DNA of 64,000 nucleotides from the human T2T-CHM13v2.0 reference genome, Homo sapiens (GCF_009914755.1 NC_060941.1), one strand, 5' to 3'; counted from the stretch's first letter, positions 18,221 to 31,946 are shown. Program-made: numbers and translations. The notes: generated from the letters alone by a model not told the origin.

Positions 18221-18745
18221 GAATCCACTTTGAAACCCTGTGGCCTACTGGGGTTTTGACATGATTGGAGCAGTGAGGCATGGAGGGTGGGCTGGGCTGG
18301 GGGGCTCAGCCAGGAGCGTGGAGCAGAGTGATAAGAATCAGAGCAGGGTGATAGAGGGGACGGGGAGGGGAGGGCAGAGGTGATCAACATTGTAGAAGAC
18401 AGGAGGGTGGAGAGAAAAAGAGAGGGAGCAGAGGGAGTTGGGGAAAGGAGAGGGGATGTGGTTAGAGCTTTGGGAAGGAAATGTGGAGGGCCCAGCCAGA
18501 CTCTGAGAGTCCGTGTAGGCGCGGGACAGGTGTCACAGTTCATCTCTGCAAAGGTCGGGTGCATGGTGAGGAGGTGACGTGACTGAGAGACAGCACAGTG
18601 CCCGGAAGAGAGAAGGGTTTCAAGTCATTTTGGCAGGACACGGCGGCACGCACAGCCCGCCCAGACCTAGACCCCTCGCTCTCCTCCACAGAGCCCCAGG
18701 GAGCAGCTGTGGGCTTCCCTGTGGCCGAGACCAGCCTTTGGCCTG

Positions 18746-19645
18746 GTGTGTGTGTGTGTGTGCATATGTTTATATGAGTATGTATGTCAGTATGTGTATG
18801 AGCATGTGTAAATATATATGTGTATATCTGTGTACACATTGTGTGCACACATGTGTATGTGTATATGTGTGCATGTATGTGTCCACGTGTATGTGCATGT
18901 ATGTGTACATATGTGTGTATGGATGTGTGCATATGAGCATGTGTCTGTGTCTGTATGCCCATGTGTATGTGCATGTATGTGTACATGTGTGTATGAATGT
19001 GTGCATATGAGCATGCGTATGTGTGTGTGCGTGTTTACGTGTATGTGTGCATATGAGCATGTGTATGTCTATGCAAGTGCGTATGTGTCCACGTGTGTAT
19101 GTGTACATATGTGTATATGTGTGCATGAGCATGTCTGTGCATGTCTATATACATGTATATGAACGTGTGCATATAAGCAGGTGTATGTGTGTGCATGTGT
19201 GTTTATATGTGTATGTGTGCATATGAGCATTGTATATGTATGTGTGTGCATGTGTGTTTATATGTGCATATGAATGTGTGCATTGAGCGTGTATGTGCGT
19301 GTGTCTGTGCATGTGTTTATGTGTATATGAATGTGTGCATATGAGCGTGTGTGTATGTGTTTATATGTGTATATGTGTGCATATGAGCATTGTATATGTA
19401 TGTGTGTGCATGTATGTGTGCATGTGTTTATATGTGCATATGAATGTGTGCATTGAGCGTGTGTGTATGTGCGTGTATGTGCATGTGTGTTTATATGTGT
19501 ATATGAATGTGTGCATATGAGCGTGTGTTTGCATGTATGTCTATGCATGTGTGTTCATATATGTGTGTATGAATGTGTGCATATGAGCATGTGAATGTGT
19601 GTCCCTATGCACATGTGTATATGTTTGTATGTGTGTTTGTGGCAT
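18746..19645. repeat. About 0.9 kb degenerate (TG/TA/CA)n alternating purine-pyrimidine array
   Basis: TATGTG-like units with a recurrent GTGTGCATATGAGC motif. Confidence 0.95.
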
Positions 19646-19949
19646 GTGGCTCTGGGGACACAGGGCTATAGGTGGTCCCATGACTCTTCTCCATCTCATC
19701 CCCGTGACAGCTGCCCCTACCAAGTCCTGTGCTCCCTCTTACCTCTTCCCTGGGATGACAGTGGTCACTTTCCCCATGTTTTGGATGGGGCCTGCTTGTC
19801 CCCAACGTCCTTTAGCACGAAGGGGACAGGTGTCCTATTCCTGTGAATGGCCGGTTACCTTCCAGGTGCGTTAGAGTGGCTCCTCTAACCAGCCCTGCAG
19901 GGATCTTATTAGATCTTATTAGAGTGGCTCCTCTAACCACCCCTGCAGG

Positions 19950-20850
19950 GGGGAAGTGAGGAGCCGCAGGGCTGTGGAGGGGTCCAGGTGTCACGGCCAG
20001 GACTTGTACCCGAGCCCGACACGGGCGGACCCAGGTGTGCGGGGATCCAGCCCAGGTGTGCCGGTGGCGGCCGCCCCCACGGAACCACCTGGCCCGCTCG
20101 GGGACCCAGGTGTGCTGAGAAGGGGGTACTGGCGTTGGCCCGGCGTGAAAGGTCACCCTGCACCCCCGCACCCAGGTGAGGCGGGCGCGGGATCCCGGTT
20201 GCCACAGGCATCGGAGCGGCCGGGAGCGGGGGCAGGGGGAGGCAATGAGAACTCCCGGGGAGGGGGCTCGCAGGGGCCGCATCGGACGCCTGGGCCGGCG
20301 GGGCAGAGGGAGGCGCCCTGCTCTCCGGTCCCTCCCTTTGCCTCCCTCCCGCCCCGGGCGCCGCCTGCGGGAGCCGACTCGTTCCAGGGGAGGCAGCGCC
20401 ACCTGCTGGAGTGTGCGCGTCTGCGCACCGGGCCGGGTTCCGCAGGTCCTGGGGCTGCGCCCGACACCCCCGACCGAGTCTTCGGCGCCTCCAGCGCTTC
20501 CCCGGCGTCTTGGGCTGCGAGGGGCCCTTTCCGCAGGGCGATGTTTTAGCAGTTCTGGGAGGAAGGGCCCACTGCCGTTGCCCTCTGAGGACCGAGGCCG
20601 AGAGCCTGGAGGGCGTGGAGAAGGGTCTGACCGCCGGCTCTGGTCCTCGGGCTCTTGGCGACAGCGACCTCCCTCCTCCTCCGGGCGATGGTGACGGGCG
20701 CTCTCAGAGTGGCGGCCACACTAGGCGCAGGGCCGTCTTCCAAGTGTGTGGTCCTCTCAGACCTATGGAGTTGGTGCTGTTCTGGCTCCCTCTTAAAGAG
20801 CGGGAAACTGAGACACAGAGAAGTCCCACCGCCGGGGGTCGGGGTGGGGA
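19950..20850. promoter_or_regulatory. Intergenic CpG island with a CTCF consensus site and an E-box cluster
   Basis: Dense CpG over about 0.9 kb with no coding exon recognised. CCAGCAGGTGGCGC on minus at 20396-20409. Confidence 0.8.
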
Positions 20851-21749
20851 GGGCCTGGGATTGGAACCCAGGCATGCTGGCTTGTGTCACCTGTGGTTCT
20901 CTCTGCCTGAAGATTTTTTCACCTGCCTAACTCATGAGCTGCTACTTACCCTTTGGGTAGCATTAGATGTCGCCTCCTCCAGGAAGCCCTCCCTCCCCCT
21001 CCATGTGAGGGTGGGCGCTCCTGCTATATGTGGGCCTACCGGCCCTCTGCGGGCTGGATCATCACAGTCTGTTCACTTGTCTGCCTCCTACCCCTTGACG
21101 TGGGCTCCCAAGGATCATTTGTGTCTGTCTTGTTCACCTGCCCTTTGTAGTGAACCAAACCTTTAAGTGCACATTTTAAAATTGATTTCCAAGGGGGCTG
21201 AGAGCTATGGAGGAAGAGCCAGGTCAGAGAGTCATCAGAAGCCCATATTTTACAGGATGTGGCTGGGGGCCCCTCTGGGGTGCCCCTCCAAGGAAGATGC
21301 TGAGCTGGACCTGGAGCACCGTGGAGGCAGGACCATGTCTGCCATGCTCAGAGATGGGTGCCAGGGGCGCTGGCTTGTCACTCAAGACTCCCCACTCCAT
21401 CTGCCCTCCCCCACTCTCCCACTAACCAGGGGGGACCCACCTGCACCTCTGGTCACCACTCATGCTCCCTGGTGCTGGGCACCCCAGGGACAGGAAGAGG
21501 GCTGGGTGTTCCTGGCTCCTGCACTGCTTCCCAGGCCTGATCCCCATCTTTCTGCACCTGCCTCCCACCCATCAGCTTCCGCTAGACTGGAAGCCTCCAG
21601 AGGGCAGGTGCTGCCCCTCTTTCCCTTGTGCCTGGATTCCGTTGGCATCTAATCACAGACGAGGGACTGTGTCCCCTTCTCCACCTCCGTGGAAACTGTG
21701 TCTCACTCTCTATTCCAGGCCGAGCTGTCCATCCTCTGCTGGAAGCCTT

Positions 21750-23285
21750 GTGCCATCAGCCCTCACCTCCCCCTTCAAGCCTAGACATTCTCTCTCCTGG
21801 CGTAAATATGTTAACTCAAGGTTCTTTGCTCTAAAACCAAGGAGTTGTCTCCTCTCCCAGGTCCACCTCCTCTCTCTCGTGAACTCCCTGCCCCTCCACC
21901 TCATCCCTCCTCCATGACCTCCCCCTACTCACCATCTGCCCCTTCTGCCAACCCAGCGAGCTGCAGCTCTCCCTGGCATGTCACTCTCTAAACCTTCTGT
22001 CCCTTGGTTACGAGTGCAGTTCTCGCCTGGATTTCTTCCCGGCTCTTTGACTTCTCCCCAACCCTTCTTTTTCTGTTTTCCCCTTAAATGTGGACATCCC
22101 CACGTCCAGGACCTGGTCTCTGGCCCTTCTCCTCTGATTCATCTCAGTGGCGTTTCTCCCAAATCCCCGATTGCAGCCACAGCCACATGTCAATTAGGTC
22201 ACCTCCATGTCCCGGCTAAGACGTGCCTCCTGGCCCCTGATGCGCCATCTCCCAGATGGAAATGCCATCATTGTATTTTTGCTCTGTCCCCACCAAAGGC
22301 AACACAAAGCATCTCCATCTGTTCCTTCATGTTCCCTACTCAGTGAATGACCGCTTATTTACCCACTGGCCCAGGCTCAGCTTGGATGTCCCCGGGCCGT
22401 CGTTTCCAGATCTCATCTTCAAATCCTGGCGATCTTCGCCCAGGAGCTGTGGACTCCTCTTCTCTGCCTGCCGCCCCTGCCCTGTCCAGCGTCCACCTCT
22501 CCCAAATGGCCCACTGGGTCCCTCCCTCCTGGCCCCCCTGCATCTAGGAGCAGCCCTCCTCCAACAGTTGGAAGGGTCTTCCCAAAACACAGATGAGACC
22601 TTGTCATCTTGAAACTCTTCATTGGCTCTGAATTGTCTTAGGATCAAGCCCAAACTCCTTCAGAGTCTGGGAAGGGGCCCCTCGTTCTGGGTCTGGCTCT
22701 GTCTCCCAGGGTCTCCCCCGCCTTGCCTGCTCTGTCTGGCCACACTGACAGTGCCCTGATGGGCCATGTCCTCTTCCCCTCAGCGCCTTTGCGTGTCCCA
22801 GCTTTCTGAGCCCAGACAGCCCTCTCCCCATTTTGGGGGGCCCACCTCACCTATCAGGGTGCAGCTTCTCCTCTGAGAAGACTTCTTTGCTCCCCAAGCC
22901 TGGATTTGATGCCATCTGCCTGTATTGACCTGGCTAAGCCAACACCCTAGCCCTAGGCTACCCTCAACCAACACCCCTGACCACACTGTGTATGAATTAC
23001 ACCCCTGACCACACTGTGTGTGAATTACACCCCTGACCACACTGTGTGTGAATTACACCCCTGACCACACTGTGTGTGAATTACACCCCTGACCACACTG
23101 TGTGTGAATTACACCCCTGACCACACTGTGTGTGAATTACACCCCTGACCACACTGTGTGTGAATTCCTCCTTTCCTTGTTTCTGTGCCCATTCAAGCTG
23201 TAAGCCCCTTTGGAAGAGACTGGGCCTTCACAATTATCATCTCAGCACCAAGCACAGAACCCACCTCAATAAATGGTTAATTTGA
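21750..23285 (+). mobile_element. Degraded L2 fragments
   Basis: Pyrimidine-rich L2-like body, AGGATCAAGCCCAAACTCCTT and a 3' end CTCAATAAATGGTTAA. Confidence 0.55.
22971..23166. repeat. Minisatellite, 7 x 28 bp (ACACCCCTGACCACACTGTGTGTGAATT)
   Basis: Units at 22971, 22999, 23027, 23055, 23083, 23111 and 23139; one mismatch in total. Confidence 0.97.
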
Positions 23286-23945
<660 letters not shown>

Positions 23946-23993
23946 ATATCTTTATTTTTAATGTAAGTATTTAGTGCTATAAGTATCCCTCTC

Positions 23994-24303
23994 GGCTGGG
24001 CACAGTGGTTCACACAGGTAATCCCAGTACTTTAGGAGGCTGAAGCGGGAAGATCACTTGAGGCCAGGAGTTCAAGACTGAGCAACCTCGAAACCCTGTT
24101 TCTAGCAAAAAAAGAAAAAAAGCAAGCTAGGTGTGGGGGGCATGTTCCTGTAGTCCCAGTTCATCAGGAGGCTGAGGTGGGAGGATTGCTTGAGCCTGGG
24201 GAGTCGAGGCTGCAGTGGGCTGTGATCACACCACTACACTCCAGCCTGGGCAACAGAGCAAGACTCTGTCTCAAAAAAATAATAAAAAATAAAAATAAGA
24301 AAA
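23994..24303 (+). mobile_element. Alu (J-like)
   Basis: Diverged dimer. Confidence 0.9.
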
Positions 24304-24456
24304 TTTCTTTCTCAGCATTGCCTCAGATGCATCCCACATATTTTGGTATGCTGTCCTTTAATTCTCATTCAGTTTTATAGATTTCTTAATTTTCTTTGAG
24401 ACTTCCTCATTGACGTGGATATTTAGAAGTGTACTGTTCAATTTCCAAGTGTTTAG

Positions 24457-24792
<336 letters not shown>

Positions 24793-25395
24793 TGAACTGG
24801 TGTCCCTATAGGTAATGTGTTGTTTCTCTGGCTGTTCTGAGGAGATTTTTTTGTCTTTAGTTTTCAGAAGTTTAATGATGATATCTCAGTGTAGATTTCT
24901 TTGGCTTCTTCTGTTTGAAGTTCAGTTTCCTGAATCTGTAAGCTTATGTCTTTTACCAGATTTGGAAAGTTTTCAGCCATTATTTCTTCAAATACTCCTT
25001 CAGCCTCACTCTCTTCTCCTCCTTAGCCCCTATGATGTGAGTGTCAGATTTGTTTGTTATGGTCCCATTGGATGTGGACGTTCTGTTTATTTCTTATCCG
25101 TCTATTTTCTTCCTGTGGTTCAGACTGGGTACTTTGGATTGATCTGTCCCCAGATTCACTGATTCTGTCGTCTGTCATTTCCACTCTACAACTGAGCCCA
25201 TCAGGGAGTTTTTAAAATTTCTGCAATGACATTTTTCAGTTCTGTAATTTCCATTTGGTTCTTTCTAAATACCCACTATTTCTTTGCTGAGAATTTCTAT
25301 ATTTTCATTTGTTTCAAGAGAATTTGTAATTGCTTGTTGAATTTTTTATTTTTATGTGTTTTTTTTGATGGTTGCTTTAAAATCCTGGTCACATG

Positions 25396-25690
25396 GCTGG
25401 GCGCAGTGGCTCATGCCTGTAATTCCAGCACTTTGGGAGGCCGAGGAGGGTGGATCACTTGAGGTCAGCAGTTTGAGGCCAGCCTGGCTAACATAGTGAA
25501 AGCCTGTCTTTATTAAAAATACAAAAATTAGCCGGGTATGATGGCACATGCCTGTAATCCCAGCTACTCAGGAGGCTGAGGCAGGAGAATCACTTGAACT
25601 CAGGAAGCAGAGGTTGCAGTGAGCTGAGATCGCACCACTGCACTCCAGCCTGTGTGACAGAGTAAGACTGTCTCCAAAAAAAAAAAAAAA
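25396..25690 (+). mobile_element. Alu (S-like)
   Basis: TSD AAAATCCTGG(T/G)CAC. Confidence 0.95.
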
Positions 25691-26219
25691 GAGTAAAATC
25701 CTGGGCACGTAACTCCAACGTCTGATTCATCTCAGGGTTCAGTTGACGGTCTTCCCACTCACATTGTGATTTTCATAGTTCTTGGTGGGATGAGTGAATT
25801 TCACCGTATCCTGGACACTGTGGCTATTAGGTGAGGAGACTTCAGGTCCTGTTTGCATTTTTTACTTTGGTAGCAGCGGCCCTGCTTAGGTTTAGCACCC
25901 AGGTCTTGGGCTACTTTTGGGGGCTGTGGTTCCAATGAAAATCTGATTTGCAGAGCCTCTGCCGTGCTATAGAGGTCAGCTCGGCTTGTGTGGTGCTGCT
26001 TAAGGAGGCAGAAGGAGTTTTCCCAGGCTGGACGTTCATTGCCTCCAGGTGGGAGAAGGGAGTCTCCCGCTCACAGGGACAGACAGGCCTTCTGCTTGTG
26101 GTGGGCTTTCTCCCTGCCATCAACGTCTCCCCCTCTCTCTGCTGTGTCGTGATTTTGGGTGGGGGAGTGGAATTTCAGGTCCAGTGAGGAGGAAAGGGTT
26201 AACCCTGGCCAATAATTAG

Positions 26220-26873
<654 letters not shown>

Positions 26874-29085
26874 TTGCCTAGTGTGTTGGGGCGACTTGCC
26901 TTTAATCTAGGAGAGAAAAGAGCCTACTTGGCTGCCTTCTGTTGCTAGGTCGGGAGTTGGGAAATGCACGCCTGGGCGGGTCCTGTATTGGGTGGGGGTG
27001 AGGGGTGTCATAATGCCCTGTTGATAAATATTCCTGACCCAGCCTTGGGGTCCTTTACCAGCTCTCCTGCTCCTTCCACCTCAGGGCCCTCTTAGGGTTG
27101 CCTCTTGCATTCTTTCCAGGGCTTAGCAGACAGGAACAGGGAGGGTCGGGTTTAGGCCATCTTACCCAGACCGGAAGTCTCTAAGTGTTTGATTGAGTGT
27201 TTGTTTGAAGAAAGTGATGAACCCAGGACCTCGAGCCAGGAAGATTTTTCCTGGTGAAAAGCAGAGGGATTGACTCACGCTCGGTTCTGAGTTCCAGGCC
27301 CGACTCCAGGGCTCACCAGCTTCTTCCACAACCCGCACAACTTGAACGCTTGGTAGCATCTCCACGCAGCAGTGGGCACCCTGGCTTCTGGAGGAGCCCA
27401 GGCTGCATTTGCCCCTCCATGGTGCATCTCATAGGATCAACTGGACCCGTGAAAGGCACTGGCTGCAGAAAAGCAGCCAACTGCTCCCCAGCGAAGGGGA
27501 TGGCCGGAAGCGAGGAGAGGGAGAAGCCCCAGCAGAGACCCCAGGAGGAAAAGACCCCACAACGGGGCCACTGGGAACCCACGATGTTGGTTACCAATGT
27601 GATTGGAGGTTCGGAACGACGGACGTGTGGCCCTGGAGTGGGAAACAGAAAAGCTGAAGGGCGAGACCTGGGAGGGAGCCCCCCACCCCCGTGGACTCCA
27701 GAGACCCAACCTTCCTTCCCTGCGCTCCAGCCGGACGTTCTCCCTGCCCCTGTGGCCGAGCCTGGTAAGTTCGCAGCAAACAGGAGTTGGGGGCTTTACA
27801 AGCCTCCAGAGGGGTCCATGGGCATTTGGGTAGATTGTTATACTGCCCCTGGCAGGAGGGCAAGGCCCTTCATGGGAGCCATAAGCTGGAGACCTAACAG
27901 AGCTCGCAGCTCGGCCACAGGGCTCTGTTCCAGGGGCATTGGCCACTGGCTTCCAGTACCTGTTCAGCCTCCCAGCTCCTTGTTGCCTGGAATCTCCACC
28001 ACTGATCAGCGTGTAAACACCTATGTGGGGGACACGGGGGCAGGGGGGTCCAGGAAGGCAACTTTTGGGGGATAGGGTGGGAAGAAAGAGGGACCTCAGA
28101 GGCCAGTTCTTCCCCATCCTACTCTATTTCCTCCTGTAACCATGGGAAATGTCTTTCTGTGCCCGATCCTGTATGGGGTGCGGATGGGGCACACAGATGA
28201 ATCAGACCCGGCCCCCTCTTTGTGCCAATTCATAAGCACTTCATCCACGGCTCAGCCCTGTGAAAGAGCTCCTCGGGCCCAGGAATGCAATACAGTGAGA
28301 ACACTTTCCGGTCTTGCCTCCAGGTGACGATTCAGCACACAGGAAGGTGGCCCTGCCCAGGGCCAAGCTCTCTCTCAGTTGGCACCTGGCCAGGTGAGGG
28401 GGCTGCTCCCTGTCACAGAATAGGAAGCTGAGGCCCGTGGGGCCTCATAGGCACAAAGCATGGGGCGGCAGACTGGGCCTCCTGACCGTCAGCGCTGTGA
28501 GGCCGATCTTCTTGCCCACTGCGGAGGCTCAGCCCCTCCCCTGCCCTCCAGGCCTGTCCTGCAACCACTCCACCTCTGCTGCTGGGGCCTGTGTGTGTCC
28601 CCCAGCTCCTCCTGCTGGGGCCTGTCTGTGGCTCCTGGAAGGTGTGACCCGGGTCACCTGTGGGCAGAGGCCTCACTCACACCCCCGGCCTCTCATGTTG
28701 CCATCCAGCTCTGTCCTGCTCTCCCTCCCCCAGTGGGGGTTTAAGCTCCTCGTGGGCTGCCTCCCCGACCCCGGCGCCCTCTGTCTCCACGGAAGCCTGT
28801 CATTTCCGAGGCCTGAGTCACCACTGGCTGGTTGCAGCCGGGTCAGCGTGCCACCCGGCACGAGGCACAGACATGAGCTACTGGGTCCTGCACCCTGTGG
28901 TTAGGAGCTCAGAGGCCTCTTTCTAGGGGACGTTGCCAGTGAATAAGTCTTTCAGGGCAGAGGCAGGGTGGAGAAGAACCACTCCTCTATTCCCTTACCC
29001 TCCCACACCAGGAATCGCTGGGCTCCCTGTGACCAGGGACTTTCCCAGATGCCTGGGATTTTGGATGAAGCTGGAAAGCAGAGAA

Positions 29086-29374
29086 TGCCCATGTGCCTAC
29101 TCAGTGCAGACAGGGTGCCCGACGTGCCTACTCAGTGCAGACACGGTGCCCGACGTGCCTACTCAGTGCAGACACGGTGCCCGACGTGCCTACTCAGTGC
29201 AGACAGGGTGCCCGACGTGCCTGCTCAGTGCAGACAGGGTGCCCGACGTGCCTGCTCAGTGCAGACAGGGTGCCCGACGTGCCTGCTCAGTGCAGACAGG
29301 GTGCCCGACGTGCCTGCTCAGTGCAGACAGGGTGCCCGACGTGTCTGCTCAGTGCAGACAGGGTGCCTGACGTG
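29086..29374. repeat. Minisatellite, about 9 x 31 bp (GTGCCCGACGTGCCT(A/G)CTCAGTGCAGACA(G/C)G)
   Basis: TCAGTGCAGA recurs at 29101, 29132 and onward to 29349. Confidence 0.97.
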
Positions 29375-29496
29375 TCAATGTTGGACATCTCAAAAGGTGG
29401 CATACGGTCCCAGCAGAGAGCTGCAGTGGGGTTACGGGCACAGACCGGGAAGCATGCTGCTGCCAGGAACTGAATTTGGGCTCCCCTGCAGAGAAG

Positions 29497-29615
29497 CTGT
29501 GAGACCTCAAGCAGGGGACTTAAGCTCTCTGTGCTTCTGTTTCCTCATCTGTGAAATGGGTGCTAGAGGAACTGTGATGAGGTGTCAGTGAATCTGCAGC
29601 ATAAAGCCCAGAGCC
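29497..29615. mobile_element. MIR fragment
   Basis: CTCTCTGTGCTTCTGTTTCCTCATCTGTGAAATGGG. Confidence 0.65.
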
Positions 29616-30364
29616 AAAGCCACTTGCAAACGAGGGCTCAAATCAGAGGGGCTTGCTGGAGGCAAGTTTTGAGGAATAGAGATGGGACTGTGAAGGGACT
29701 CAAGCCAGGATAGGGGGCCCCCCGAGCACCCCTGGCAAAGGAGCCTCTGCTGGTGGTTTTCTGAACTCGAGTCCTGGCCCCAGGCAGAAGTGGGGAGCTT
29801 TCTTGGGAGGGCTTGGCCACCTTGGCTGGGGCTGGGTGCAGAGAGGCAGCAGCCCTGCCCCTGGAGCCTTCTGAAGGGTGGCTGGAGCTGCCTGGGCAGG
29901 TCACCCTCCACATTTCCAGCGTTTCCCAGGGAAGGATGCTCGAAGTTGCCATGCAACACCAGGAGGGTAGGTTCAGGTGGGAGGCTCATGAAGGGCTCGC
30001 TGCCTGGATGGCACTGAACCACAAGGACCAGCAGCTGGGGTGGGTGGGGCTGCCTGGGGGAGGGGTGCCCTGGAGGATGTCCTTTGCAGGGGATGGGAGA
30101 GAGGAGGCATGTATGAGGGTGGAGGGGAGCAAGGAGGTAGAAGGGCTGATCCCTACTACTGCCCCCTGCAGCTTGCCATCAGATGTGAGACGGAAGTTTT
30201 GACTTAGACTGGTTTGGTTATTTTAATATGGGACAGCAAGCCTGGATTGGCCAAGATGAGATGGTTCATTTGCTGAAGCTAGATGAACAGCTTTGGGAAC
30301 TGCCTAAGTTGTTAACCAAAGTGATGAAGGAGGCCCATAGGGTATGAGGGAAGGCCAGAATGGA

Positions 30365-30812
30365 ATCCATCCCCATCACCTCCTCCATCCCCATCACCTC
30401 CCCACTTCCTTCATCCCCATCACCTCCTCCATCCCCATTACTTCCTCCATCCTCACCTCCTTCATCCCCATCACTTCCTCCATCCTCATCACCTCCCCAT
30501 CTCCTTCATCCCCATCACCTCCTCCATTCCCATCATCTCCTCCATTTTATCACCTCCCCCATCCCCATCACCTCCTCCATCCTCATCACCTCCTCCATTC
30601 CCATCATCGCCTTCATTCTATCACCTCCTCCATTCCCATCACCTCCCCACCTCCTTCATCTCCATCACCTCCTCCCCATCTCCATCACCTCCTGTCACCT
30701 CCTCCATCCCATCATCTCCCCACCTCCTCCATCCCCATCACCTCCATCCTCATCATCTCCTCCATTCCCATCACCTCCTCCATTCTATCACCTCCTCCAC
30801 CTCCACATCCTG
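30365..30812. repeat. Degenerate 18-bp C-rich tandem array (CCATCCCCATCACCTCCT)n
   Basis: Almost G-free plus strand over about 450 bp. Confidence 0.92.
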
Positions 30813-31946
30813 AGCCACTTCCCCTCAGCTTCATTTCCTGAAACAGCCCCTCCTCACCCTCTCCAGCTTCCTTTCCTTCACCTTACCATGCTCCTTTCTG
30901 GAAGGCACCACTCCAAACCGTCTCCTTGGAAAAGCAACTTCAGCCCCAGTGCCTGTCCCTGCTACACCCAACGTTCCTGTCTGGAAAAGAGTTGCTCTTT
31001 ATTCAGCACGTGAGTTCCTGACCCCCAGATAAGGGCCAGTGCAGCCGGGGAGGGAAGCATTAGTGCTGCCGGGTGGAAGGTGGACGGCGCCTGGATCCAG
31101 ACCCAGCAGTGCTCATGGGGCCAGGCCTGGTGCTCGTTCTTTCTCAGTCCTTAACGCCACCTTGCAAGGTGGGGATTGTCCTCCCATCTGGCCATGAAGA
31201 GCTGAAGCAGAGAGGTGCAGTCGCTCATCTGCGCTCACTGGTCAGTGGGTCGCTGCGTCCCCAGAGGCCCCTGGGCAGGGTGGGCGCTGCGTCCCCAGAG
31301 GCCCCTGGGCAGGGTGGACGCCTCTGCAGGTGCCCGCACAGGGGCTTTCTCCTTCACTTGGCCACACTCAGCCTTTGATCTGAAACAATGAAAGCCCCTG
31401 AGTCACTGGTCCTTCCCGAGCCCGTGTGTGGCCCACAGCAAGGAGCTGCCTGTCCCAAGTTCGGGGGGTTTCTTTGGCTTACGCGGATACTGTATGTGAG
31501 TGTTGGCAGAGCAGCGTGAGCCTCGGCCTGCAAACTCAGGACGGCACCAAGCCCCATCGCCTTGGTATCTTCCAGGTGGACCCTCAGCCTGCTGAGTGGA
31601 CAGGAAACCATCTGTCATTTAGGGTTCCTGCTCCCAACTCCCCCCAACAGCTGTCACCACCACCGTGGTTGTGCAAAGGTCCCAGGCCTTTCAGAGTGGG
31701 CCCTGATCACTGTCCATCCTGGCCGGGTCTGCTGAAACAAACATGGTCACAATCTCGTGGTACTTTCTGCCTCGTGGCTCTGTGTCCACACTGGAGAGAC
31801 TAGGACCCAATCCTGGGGCCCCTCCCACAGGCGCCATATGGCTATTCCCCTCAGAGACGCACCAGGCCAGCCCCACTGCCCTCAGGACCAACCTCCAACT
31901 TCTCCTCGGCTTGGGATCTCCGGTTTCTCTCTTTGTCAAGGCACCC

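Noticed and set aside
18540-19723. His/Thr- and Cys/Val-rich ORFs
   Set aside because: Translation of TG/CA low-complexity sequence.
27254-28117. 273 aa (+) and 226 aa (-) overlapping ORFs
   Set aside because: No recognisable homology or domain; the plus ORF starts at GTG.
28933-29591. Cys-rich repetitive ORFs (CSVQTGCPTCLLSAD)
   Set aside because: Product of a stop-free 31-bp VNTR read in all three frames.
30344-31013. Extensin- or mucin-like Pro/Ser/His ORFs
   Set aside because: Translation of the C-rich tandem array.
31251-31317. 34-bp direct duplication (similar short ones at about 52488-52561 and 52953-52994)
   Set aside because: Real but ordinary slippage duplications with no evident function.
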